Assembly: GCA_965250285.1 (NCBI GenBank)
Contig: OZ252299.1
Span: 928,001-992,000, forward strand
Origin: Myxococcota bacterium
Lineage (GTDB): Bacteria > Myxococcota_A > UBA9160 > UBA4427
DNA: 64,000 nucleotides
Direction of reading: 5' to 3'
Shown here: piece after piece, positions 28,305 to 36,843 of the stretch
How positions within the stretch are numbered: position 1 is the first letter of the stretch
Layout of the letters: each line of letters opens with the position of its first letter
Made by a program: the position numbers and the translations under genes
Notes under the pieces: generated by a model
What the model was told of the DNA's origin: nothing
The model's database searches: none
The model's input: only the letters and a program-made list of their open reading frames with translations

Positions 28305-29171
28305 ATGCGCTTCAGCTACGCCGAATCGATGTGCGACCCCGCCCAGTACGTGCCCCTCGCCCAGGCCGCCGAAGAGGCGGGCTACACGTCGTTCACGGTG
28401 CCGGACAGCATCATCTATCCCGAGGTGTCCGACAGCAAGTATCCCTACACCCAGGATGGCAACCGCGAGTTCCTCGACGGCAAGCCGATGATCGACCCGT
28501 TCGTGCTCTCGGCGACCCTCGCGGCGGCGACCGAGAAGCTGCGCATGACGACCTTCGTCGTGAAACTGCCGATCCGGCAGCCCGTGCTGATGGCGAAGCA
28601 GGCCATGAGCCTGGCGTGCATGACGAACAACCGCTTCGGGTTCGGGATCGGCCTCTCGCCCTGGCCTGAAGACTACGCCGCGACCGGCACGCAGTGGGAG
28701 CGTCGGGGCAAGCGCTTCGACGAGATGATCGAGATCATTCGCGGGCTCGAGACCGGCGACTACTTCGAGTACCACGGTGAGTTCTACGACTTCGACTCGC
28801 TCAAGATGTGCCCGGCGCCGACCGAGCGCATTCCGCTGCTCGTCGGCGGTCACGCCGAGCCGGCGCTGCGTCGCGCGGCGCGACTCGGCGACGGCTGGAT
28901 GCACGCGGGCGGCGACCCCGTCGAGCTCGACGCCTATCTCGAGAAGATCGATCAGTACCGCAAGGAATACGGCCGCGAGAATGAGCCCTTCGAGGTGCAC
29001 GTGATCTCGATGGACGGCTTCACGCCCGACGGCATCAAGCGGCTCGAGGACAAGGGCGTGACCGACACGATCGTCGGCTTCCGCAACGCCTACGAGACCG
29101 ACACGACCTCGCTCGAGCAGAAGCTCGAGGCGCTGCGCCGCTTCGGCGAGCAGGTCATCGCGAAGGTCTGA
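28305..29171 (+). CDS. LLM-class oxidoreductase, probably F420-dependent (TIGR03619-like)
   Basis: AEEAGY, DPFVLSATLAAAT, GIGLSPWPEDY, IPLLVGG, RRAARLGDGW. Confidence 0.88.
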   Translation: MRFSYAESMCDPAQYVPLAQAAEEAGYTSFTVPDSIIYPEVSDSKYPYTQDGNREFLDGKPMIDPFVLSATLAAATEKLRMTTFVVKLPIRQPVLMAKQAMSLACMTNNRFGFGIGLSPWPEDYAATGTQWERRGKRFDEMIEIIRGLETGDYFEYHGEFYDFDSLKMCPAPTERIPLLVGGHAEPALRRAARLGDGWMHAGGDPVELDAYLEKIDQYRKEYGRENEPFEVHVISMDGFTPDGIKRLEDKGVTDTIVGFRNAYETDTTSLEQKLEALRRFGEQVIAKV

Positions 29172-29180
29172 CGCCGCGGC

Positions 29181-29804
29181 TCAGCGAAACTCGTAGCCCA
29201 GCGTGAATGCGACGACGTCGATCCCGTCGTTCGGCTGCCGCAGCTGCGCATTCGAGATGTGATAGAGGCGCACGTCGGCGGTCAGCGCATGCGCGCCCTC
29301 GAGCGCGCGGCGTACGCCGAAGCCACCCTGCAGCCAGAACTGGAAGCCGTCGGCCTGTGACTCGAGCCCGTAGTCGATGCCGCCGAACCCGATCAGGGCG
29401 ATCACGTAGGGCGACCAGGTCTCGCGGGCGCGCAGTCGGTAGCGCAGCCCGCCCGTGACGCCGCCGCCCACGCCGGGGTCGGGCGCGAAGTTGATCGCGA
29501 GCTCGGGTTCGAGCACCAGGTCGAGGCGTCCCGCGATCCACCGGTTGCGCTCGCTCCAGTCGTGCAGCTCGAAACGCACGTGCGGCATCACGAGCAGCAT
29601 GCGCACGTCGCCGACATCCTTGCTCTGCGTGCGGCTGCGCATGTGGATGCCGTGGCCGTAGCCCGCGGCCAAGCCGAAGCCGAAGCGCTCTCGCAGGGGC
29701 TTCGGTTCCGCCTCGGCGAGCGCGGGGGGCGGGGCGAGGAGCAGGGCGATCAAGGGCAGGCAGGTGAGGGCGGCGCGCGCCCGGGTGCGCGCTGCGCGGC
29801 TCAA
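29181..29804 (-). CDS. pagL: Lipid A 3-O-deacylase PagL-like outer membrane barrel
   Basis: Signal peptide, beta-strands, catalytic HISNA...PNDG, C-terminal YEFR. Confidence 0.75.
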   Translation of the reverse strand: MSRAARTRARAALTCLPLIALLLAPPPALAEAEPKPLRERFGFGLAAGYGHGIHMRSRTQSKDVGDVRMLLVMPHVRFELHDWSERNRWIAGRLDLVLEPELAINFAPDPGVGGGVTGGLRYRLRARETWSPYVIALIGFGGIDYGLESQADGFQFWLQGGFGVRRALEGAHALTADVRLYHISNAQLRQPNDGIDVVAFTLGYEFR

Positions 29805-30259
29805 AACGGACGGACGACCACGAGGATCACGATGCCGACCATCAGGAGCGTCGGCACCTCGTTGATCACGCGAAAGAACTTCTGCGGACGCTCGTTGCGG
29901 TCTTCAGCGAAGGCGTTGCGGCACTGCACGAGAAACCAGTGTGCGCCGAGCAGGCCCGCGACGAGCACGAGCTTGAACCAGATCCAGAGGCCGGCGCTAA
30001 TCAGGTAGCCGGGCGTCGCGAGCATCGCAAAACCGAAGCCGACGGTGGCCAGCATCGCCGGCCACATGATCAGGGTGGAGAGCTTCGTCTCCATCACCTT
30101 GAACGTCTCGCTCTGCTGACTGCCGGGCTCGGCCTCGCAGTGATAGACGAAGAGCCGCGGCAGATAGAGCAGGCCGGCCATCCATGAGATGACCGCGATG
30201 ACGTGGATCGCCTTCAGCCAGGGGAAGGCGACGAGCAGAAAGTCGCCGAGTGCGCTCAA
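29801..30259 (-). CDS. hemJ: Protoporphyrinogen oxidase HemJ
   Basis: KAIHVIAVISWMAGLLYLPRLFVYH, FKVME, RVINEVPT. Confidence 0.95.
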   Translation of the reverse strand: MSALGDFLLVAFPWLKAIHVIAVISWMAGLLYLPRLFVYHCEAEPGSQQSETFKVMETKLSTLIMWPAMLATVGFGFAMLATPGYLISAGLWIWFKLVLVAGLLGAHWFLVQCRNAFAEDRNERPQKFFRVINEVPTLLMVGIVILVVVRPF

Positions 30260-30293
30260 TGCGTGTGTCCGGCGGTCGCTCGCGGCGCGAGCC

Positions 30294-30623
30294 TCAAAGG
30301 CTGAAGCTCTCGCCGCAGCCGCAGGTGGTCTCGGCGCCCGGGTTCTCGATCTTGAACCCGGCGTCGTTCAGCGCGTCGCTGAAGTCGATGCGGACGCCCT
30401 CGAGGTACTTCGCGCTCTCGGCGTCGACGCGCACCGTGAGCCCGAACTGCTCGAATTCGTCGTCGTCGCCGCGGCGCTCGTCGTCGAAGAGCAGCTCGTA
30501 GCGCATGCCGCTGCACCCGCCGTCCTTGACGTGCACGCGCAGGGCGCCCTGCGGAAACTCGCTCGTGGAGAGCAGCTTCTTGGCCTTCACGGCGGCGGCT
30601 TCGGTCAGCTCGAGAACGGGCAT
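30294..30623 (-). CDS. A-type Fe-S cluster carrier (IscA/ErpA/HesB)
   Basis: GGCSG and TCGCGESF motifs. Confidence 0.95.
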   Translation of the reverse strand: MPVLELTEAAAVKAKKLLSTSEFPQGALRVHVKDGGCSGMRYELLFDDERRGDDDEFEQFGLTVRVDAESAKYLEGVRIDFSDALNDAGFKIENPGAETTCGCGESFSL

Positions 30624-30898
30624 GTCTGTACCTCGCTGGGTCTTCTCACTGGGGCTTCGGGCGTCGAGCACCCGATTATCGCGTGCGGCGCGTGGCCTGC
30701 GGCCGGGCCTTGGATGCAGCGCGCGCGGCCCGCGTTTCGACCGCCGACCCCCCGGGCGGCCTGGATCCTACCGAATTCCCGCGCCGCTGGCGCGCTGCTA
30801 ACCTGCCGGAGCAAAAAGAGAAACGCCAAGGCCGGCGCGCCGTGCCGGCCCAGCCCGCTCGCCCGAGATCGAGCGCGATCGAGAGAGCCCCCACCCCG

Positions 30899-31954
30899 AT
30901 GCCCCCGACCGAAACCGCCGTGCGCCCGCAGCCGACCGACACCCTCGGCCGCCCGCTGCGCGATCTGCGCATCTCGGTCACCGATCGCTGCAACTTTCGC
31001 TGCACGTACTGCATGCCTGAGGAGATCTTCGGCGAGCGCTACAAGTTCTTGCCGCGCCCCGAGATCCTCACGTTCGAAGAGATCGGCCGCGTCGCCCGGG
31101 CGGCGGCGGCGCTCGGCGTCGAGAAGCTGCGCATTACCGGGGGCGAGCCCCTGCTGCGTCACGACCTGCCCCATCTGATCGAAGACCTCGCCTCGATCGA
31201 GGGCATCCGCGACATCGCGATGACGACGAACGGCACCCTGCTCAAGCGCATGGCGGGCCAGCTGCACCGCAGCGGGCTCAACCGCATGACGATCAGCCTC
31301 GACTCGCTCGACGAAGCGGTGTTCATGCAGATGAACGGCAACAAGCTGAGCCTGGGGCGCGTGCTCGACGGCATCGAGACGGCCGAGTCGGTCGGCTTCG
31401 AATCGATCAAGATCAACTGCGTGGTGCAGAAGGGCGTGAACGATCACACGCTGGTCGAGCTCGCGCGGCACTTCAAGGGCACCGGGCACATCGTGCGCTT
31501 CATCGAGTTCATGGACGTCGGCACGATGAACGGCTGGGACATGTCGCAGGTGCTCCCGACCAAGGAGCTGATCGAGCAGATCGACGCCGAGCTGCCGATC
31601 GCGCCCGTCGACCCGAACTACGTCGGTGAGGTCGCCAAGCGCTGGCGCTACGTCGACGGCGGTGGCGAGATCGGCTTCATCACGTCGGTGACGCAGCCGT
31701 TCTGCGGCGCGTGCTCACGCGCGCGGCTCACGACCGAAGGGCAGCTCGTCACGTGTCTCTTCGCGAGCGGCGGGATCGACCTGCGCACGCCGCTGCGCGA
31801 GGGCGCCAGCGACGCCGAGCTGCTCGAGATCATGGCCGGTCGCTGGCGGTCGCGCGACGACCGCTACAGCGAAGAGCGAACGCGCATCATGCGCGACGGC
31901 GACGACACCCAGACGGGCACGGGTCGCGTCGAGATGTATCACATCGGCGGGTAG
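30899..31954 (+). CDS. moaA: GTP 3',8-cyclase MoaA
   Basis: LRISVTDRCNFRCTYCM, TGGEPLLR, RFIEFM, FCGACSRAR...C, C-terminal IGG. Confidence 0.97.
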   Translation: MPPTETAVRPQPTDTLGRPLRDLRISVTDRCNFRCTYCMPEEIFGERYKFLPRPEILTFEEIGRVARAAAALGVEKLRITGGEPLLRHDLPHLIEDLASIEGIRDIAMTTNGTLLKRMAGQLHRSGLNRMTISLDSLDEAVFMQMNGNKLSLGRVLDGIETAESVGFESIKINCVVQKGVNDHTLVELARHFKGTGHIVRFIEFMDVGTMNGWDMSQVLPTKELIEQIDAELPIAPVDPNYVGEVAKRWRYVDGGGEIGFITSVTQPFCGACSRARLTTEGQLVTCLFASGGIDLRTPLREGASDAELLEIMAGRWRSRDDRYSEERTRIMRDGDDTQTGTGRVEMYHIGG

Positions 31955-32218
31955 CGTCGAAGTCGACTGGATTCGACGTCGGTTTCCGTTCGCGGCGCCC
32001 GTAAGGCCATTCACGCAAGGCAGCGAGGCTCGGCAACCGAGGTCAGGCCCCTGTGAACGTGGCTCCGGAATCCTCGGGGTCGTTCAACTCACAGGGAGAC
32101 GATAGGTCCAACCGGACCTATGCGGATCGTGACAACGCGGCCGCCAGCAGGTCACTCGATTGTGTTGCTCCGAGGCGGGACCTGCCCCTGTGCATGCCGG
32201 GCGGCTGCACCAGCGCCT

Positions 32219-32246
32219 TCAAGAAAATCAGCCGATCCGCCGATCT
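32219..32246 (+). promoter_or_regulatory. sigma28-like promoter TCAAG-N15-GCCGATCT
   Basis: About 155 nt upstream of the tandem PEP-CTERM ORF. Confidence 0.5.
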
Positions 32247-32402
32247 GTGTAAGGCAGAGGCGCGCTGTCCCGTAGGCGCGAGGCCGCGCTCATCTCGACC
32301 CCCAGCGCCACCCGGACGACGGCGGCCGGGCGCTTCTGATGGCGATCGCGGCTGGGTTGCCGCGCGATCGGCTGAGCGCACGTCCCGTCGGAGCTTCACT
32401 CC

Positions 32403-34082
32403 ATGGTCCAAGTCCTCGTTGCATTGATCGTGCTCGTCGTCGCTTTGCCTGCGTTCGCGTTCCGCGTGGAGGGCGAGGTCCGCGGCGTCATACCGGTGGG
32501 TCCGGCCGACGACTATGAAGATTTGATGGGCGCCGAGTTCTTGGTGTGGTCACTCAAGGTCGAGTTCGACGACGGCCGCACCTTCGACCGCGACGGAGAC
32601 GGCACGGTCACTGCGCGCGAGTACAACGACCTGCACCATCAGCTGCATCTCGGTCAGTATGGGACGGCGGAGTACCTGGCGGACGACTGGTCCTTCGACA
32701 TCACACTCTGGGGTGAGGACGGCATCGTCGGCTCGTACACCCCCGTCGTCTCAGAGTACGACGGTTTCGATTTTAACGTGACGCCCCACCTATGGGGCGA
32801 GGGGCGGAGGCGAGTCTCCCGCGGGTTCGTGGGTTTCGAGGTGGGGCCACCCGATCCACCGCTCGATCCCCCGTTCGAAGCCATGATTCTCTATTTCGTA
32901 CGCGACACCGTCAGCCTCTCGTGGGTTGGGGGCGATATCTTTGCAAGTTGGACCGACCCCCTACCGTGGGTCGAGCGGTGGTACAGCCCCGACCTCGCTC
33001 ACATCCCCGCGCCGCGGCTTCGCGGCCGGCCTGATTGGCTGCCCCCGAGCGGCGACCCCACGACATCGCTCATCCCTCAGGCATCCACATCGCCGATCCC
33101 CGAGCCCAACACCGCGCTGCTGATCGGCGTCGGTCTCTTGGGCCTCGGTCTCTCGGGCAGGAGGCGAGGGCGCGAGTGCGCAGTCGGGGGCGAGCAAGGC
33201 GCGCGTGCGGCCATGGGCTCGCTGCGCTGCCTGGCGAGGGTGCCTGAGCGTGGCCGCCGCGTGGTGGGCCGACGGCACCTGCGTTGGCAGATTCATGTCA
33301 TGGCCTGTGTGCTCGTCGCATGGGTCGCCCTTGCGGTGGCTGTACCAGCTCATGCGTTCCGCGTGGAGGGCGTGCTCCGCGGCCTCATTGCCGTCGAGCG
33401 GAGCGAGCTGCGGGACCAGGAGGCATTGAGGGGCGTTGAGTTCGTGGATTGGTCCGTGCGTGTCGAGTTCGACGACGGTCGCACCTTCGACCGCGACGGC
33501 GATGGAGTGGTTACCGAGCTCGAGTACAACGACCTGCACCATCAGCTCTACCTGGGTGAAGGACGTTGGGATGAGGCCTCGGTCGACGACTGGTCCATCG
33601 ACATCACGCTGTGGGGCGAGGATGGCATTGTCGGTACCTTCGCCCCAATCAGGGCAGAGGATGATGTATTCGACCTGCAAGTGACGCAGCACTTCTGGAG
33701 CGCGGGACGCCGAGGCTTCACGATGGATGCCGGCAGCGTGGACCCGCAGCTGGGCGACCTGATCGACTCTCTCGTCGTCAGCGCCACTCCGATGGGCAGT
33801 CGGGTTCTCTGGTGGGGAAACCCGAGAGGGGGGGCGTCGACCCGGTTGATCAATCCGCTGTGGTCCGCGCCGTGGATCGAGCGGTGGTACAGCCCCGACC
33901 TCGCTCACATCCCCGCGCCGCGACTTCGAGGCCAGCCTGAGTGGCTCCCCACGAGTGGCGACTCCACGACATCGCTCATCCCTCAGGCATCCATATCGCC
34001 GATCCCCGAGCCACACACCGCGCTCCTGATCGGTTTGGGCCTGGTCGGCCTCGGTCTCTCCGGTAGGCGACGAGCGCGCTAG
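32403..34082 (+). CDS. Tandem-duplicated EF-hand/PEP-CTERM protein (two units in one ORF; second unit can start at ATG 33300)
   Basis: Each unit has a signal peptide ending (F/H)A-FRVEG, a DRDGDGxVTxxE loop and IPEPxTALLIGxGLxGLGLSGRRR. Confidence 0.8.
   Translation: MVQVLVALIVLVVALPAFAFRVEGEVRGVIPVGPADDYEDLMGAEFLVWSLKVEFDDGRTFDRDGDGTVTAREYNDLHHQLHLGQYGTAEYLADDWSFDITLWGEDGIVGSYTPVVSEYDGFDFNVTPHLWGEGRRRVSRGFVGFEVGPPDPPLDPPFEAMILYFVRDTVSLSWVGGDIFASWTDPLPWVERWYSPDLAHIPAPRLRGRPDWLPPSGDPTTSLIPQASTSPIPEPNTALLIGVGLLGLGLSGRRRGRECAVGGEQGARAAMGSLRCLARVPERGRRVVGRRHLRWQIHVMACVLVAWVALAVAVPAHAFRVEGVLRGLIAVERSELRDQEALRGVEFVDWSVRVEFDDGRTFDRDGDGVVTELEYNDLHHQLYLGEGRWDEASVDDWSIDITLWGEDGIVGTFAPIRAEDDVFDLQVTQHFWSAGRRGFTMDAGSVDPQLGDLIDSLVVSATPMGSRVLWWGNPRGGASTRLINPLWSAPWIERWYSPDLAHIPAPRLRGQPEWLPTSGDSTTSLIPQASISPIPEPHTALLIGLGLVGLGLSGRRRAR
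32971..33922 (+). repeat. Direct repeat from the tandem duplication (46-bp identical core at 32971-33016 and 33877-33922, offset 906 bp)
   Basis: tcgagcggtggtacagccccgacctcgctcacatccccgcgccgcg occurs twice inside longer near-identical flanks. Confidence 0.9.
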
Positions 34083-34219
34083 CGAGCGCGCGGGTGCAGA
34101 GCCCGGGGGGTGGCCAGGCGCTCGTGCGGCAGTGGAACCACCGCGCCGCTACACCCAGGATCGGGACGCCGAAGAGACGGGCGACAGCATCCCCACCCGG
34201 CCCGAGCCGACTTCTTTCG

Positions 34220-35500
34220 CTACGCCAGCCGTCGGTGCGTATCGAGCGTGAGCGTCGGCACGTCGATGGCCGAAGGGCAGCTGCCCGCGCACGGGGCGGC
34301 GCAGCCCGCGCAGGCCGCGGCGTTCACCGCCAGCCGCGCGTAGTCTTCGCGGGCATACGTGAGGTCGGCGTAGTCGCGCGCGTACATGCGCGTGCGCATC
34401 ACCTCCGAGACGGGCACCTCGGCGGGGCAGGCCGACTCACACGCCGAGCAGCCGTGCTCGCAGTAGCCCTCGGGCGCGTGGGCGAGGTAGCGATCGAGCC
34501 AGTCGAGCTCGGCGGCGGTGGGCTTCTCGGCGCCGCTCGCCGCGACGTACTCGTCGATCTGCTCGGGTGAGGTCATCGAGACGACGAGCGCGTCGACGTG
34601 ACCGCCCTGGAGCGTCCAGCGGAAGGCCGCCTGGGCCGTCGTGGCGCCGCCGTATTCGTACGGGCGCATGTCGTTCAGTCGCGCACCGCGCAGGGTCTTC
34701 ATCGCGACGACGCCGATCCCCTTCGCCCGCGCCCGGTCGAGCGCCGCGGGCAGCCCCTGCTGAGGCGCGACGAAGTCGAAGTTGCGCAGCAGGCGCTGGT
34801 AGAAGGCGGGATCCTGGCCCCAGTTGTATGCGACGAGCAGCACGTCGGTCAGGTTCTTGTCGACGACCTCGTCGATGCACTCGACGAGGTTGCCGCCGTG
34901 CCCCGACACCCCGGTGAAGCGGATCTTGCCCTGGGCCTTCGCCTTGTCGGCGAACGTGTACCAGGCGTCGTTGCGGAGCCGCGCGAGGTCGTTCACGGCG
35001 TGATTGAAGTACACGTCGATGTGGTCGGTGCGCAGGCGCTTCAAGCTGCCTTCGAGCGCGCGCATGAGTTCGGCTTCGCTCGTGCGGGTACCGCACTTCG
35101 TCTTCGAGGCGATGATCACTTCGTTGCGGCGCCCGGCGAGCGCCTCGCCGACCGCTTTCTCGGAGTCACCGCCCTTGTAGCTGTCGGCCGTGTCGAAGTA
35201 GTCGATGCCACGCTCGAAGGCGTGGGTGACGACGGCGGGGTCGGTGGTGCGGCTCGAACCGAACGAGATGTCGGAGATCTCGAGCCCGGTGCGGCCCAGC
35301 GTGCGGCGCGCGCGGATCGAAGGCTCGGCTGCGCTCGCGGGTCGCGCCGCCGGCCCGGCCGCGATCGTCGCCGCCGCAGCGGCACCGGCGGCGAGGAAGC
35401 GCCGGCGATCGAGGCGTGCGTGGCCGGCTTCGGCGGGGTCGGCGGGACTCGAAGAGGGAGAAGAGGGCGGAACCATCACGCCGCGCGATCCATCGTTCAT
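34220..35500 (-). CDS. Tat-signal aldo/keto reductase with C-terminal Fe-S-type Cys domain
   Basis: DRRRFLAAG Tat motif; LGRTGLEIS, FDTADSY, SLKRLRTDHID, GVSGH; CEHGCSACESACP and CAGCAAPCAGSCP; SD AGGAGG before ATG 35500. Confidence 0.88.
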   Translation of the reverse strand: MNDGSRGVMVPPSSPSSSPADPAEAGHARLDRRRFLAAGAAAAATIAAGPAARPASAAEPSIRARRTLGRTGLEISDISFGSSRTTDPAVVTHAFERGIDYFDTADSYKGGDSEKAVGEALAGRRNEVIIASKTKCGTRTSEAELMRALEGSLKRLRTDHIDVYFNHAVNDLARLRNDAWYTFADKAKAQGKIRFTGVSGHGGNLVECIDEVVDKNLTDVLLVAYNWGQDPAFYQRLLRNFDFVAPQQGLPAALDRARAKGIGVVAMKTLRGARLNDMRPYEYGGATTAQAAFRWTLQGGHVDALVVSMTSPEQIDEYVAASGAEKPTAAELDWLDRYLAHAPEGYCEHGCSACESACPAEVPVSEVMRTRMYARDYADLTYAREDYARLAVNAAACAGCAAPCAGSCPSAIDVPTLTLDTHRRLA

Positions 35501-35542
35501 GCCGATCCTCCTGGCGAACGACATCGAGTGTAGCCGACGCGA

Positions 35543-36700
35543 TCAGGCCGGAAGAATTCGGGAGGACGGCGGGGTGCGATGGTCTGTGCCGTTGGCTTCA
35601 CAGATGGGTGCGCCCAGTGCGGCGACGGAATGCCGAGCCACGCTATCGCTGCGCGTCGCGTGCAGCGAGCGACCACGCCGCCGCGCGCCCAGCGCAGCGA
35701 GTCCGGATCCGACGAGCATCAGGGTCGAGGGCTCAGGGATCGGAAGTGTTGCGCTGACGACCTGGACCTCGTGGAAGTCGCCGTTACTGAAGCTCTGGTT
35801 TCCGGGCTCGACCTGAGGACTGTCGTCCCAGCGGAACAGCCCATCTTCGATCGTGATTCCGTTGCTGCCGACGAGCCACCCCTGCCCCCCGTCTGCGAAT
35901 GCGATGTCGGTGTCTGCGAGATCCCACGCGGTTTCGAGCAACACGTCCGTGACGGACACGCCTCCGATGACCGACACGGTGTTCGAGCCGGCCGCGAGCT
36001 CGTTGACTGCCGTCGTGTGGACCGTCCCATCGCTGAAGACGATGTTTCCGTTGGGCCGGACGAACAGACCAGTCGCATGGTACGCACCGTAGTCTCGCCC
36101 GAGGGTCGCTTCGCTGAATAGCACGGTCTGGGTCTGGCGCTGAATGTCCACCGACACGATCTCACTCATGCGGGTCCCGATCACCGGGAACTGAAGCACG
36201 ATGACCTCGTTGGGCCCACGCGCTTCGAGATCAAACGTTCTGCCGAGCGTACGCGTTGGGTTCGTCAGCAGGCCCCCCGACGTGATCGGCGACTGTGCGC
36301 CAGATCGGGTGTCCAACCCAACGACCGACGCAACGCCCTCCGGCCCGCCGTAGTCGAGGACGTAGAGCCCCCGCCCCCCTCCCATCGCGATGCCCCGCGG
36401 ATCCGACAGCAGTCCGCCCTTCGTCGTCGTGGTCTTCGTGCCAGTCACGACGTCGATCTCGACGATCGCACTTCCCTCGACGGCGTAGACCGTCTGTCTG
36501 TCTGCGATCGTGAAGTCCTCGAACGTGCCGCTGGCGATCAGCACCTGCCCACCCGACACGGGGTCGATCCGAATCAGCCCGGTTCCGACGCTGCTCGTTC
36601 CTGCGACGATGACTTCATCGGGAATGAGTGCGCTGGCCATCGACTGCGAAGAGAAGCACGCAGCGATCAGCGCCAGGAGTGCGCAGAGCAGCTTGGGCAT
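35543..36700 (-). CDS. PEP-CTERM beta-propeller protein
   Basis: Signal peptide from ATG 36700 (SD GGAG), IDPVSG/GGLLSDPRGI blades, IPEPSTLMLVGSGLAALGARRR. Confidence 0.8.
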   Translation of the reverse strand: MPKLLCALLALIAACFSSQSMASALIPDEVIVAGTSSVGTGLIRIDPVSGGQVLIASGTFEDFTIADRQTVYAVEGSAIVEIDVVTGTKTTTTKGGLLSDPRGIAMGGGRGLYVLDYGGPEGVASVVGLDTRSGAQSPITSGGLLTNPTRTLGRTFDLEARGPNEVIVLQFPVIGTRMSEIVSVDIQRQTQTVLFSEATLGRDYGAYHATGLFVRPNGNIVFSDGTVHTTAVNELAAGSNTVSVIGGVSVTDVLLETAWDLADTDIAFADGGQGWLVGSNGITIEDGLFRWDDSPQVEPGNQSFSNGDFHEVQVVSATLPIPEPSTLMLVGSGLAALGARRRGRSLHATRSDSVARHSVAALGAPICEANGTDHRTPPSSRILPA

Positions 36701-36843
36701 ACGGGACTCTCCAGGCGATCCACGGCCCCCTCCCGAGGGCAGTCTACACCCGGGGTTCGCCTCCAAACAAGCGAGTTCGAGGCCAGCCGCCGGCGGGCGG
36801 CGGTGCGGGATGGAAATCGCGTGGGGGCCGTGACGAACTCGTC

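Noticed and set aside
30680..30898. Moco riboswitch upstream of moaA
   Set aside because: I could not find the conserved Moco RNA elements; only generic GC-rich hairpins are present.
31965..32405. tmRNA-like words ctggattcgacg (31967) and gtgcatgccg (32190)
   Set aside because: No GGGG 5' acceptor strand, no T-arm GGTTCGA...CCA 3' end and no tag ORF; spacing between the words is wrong.
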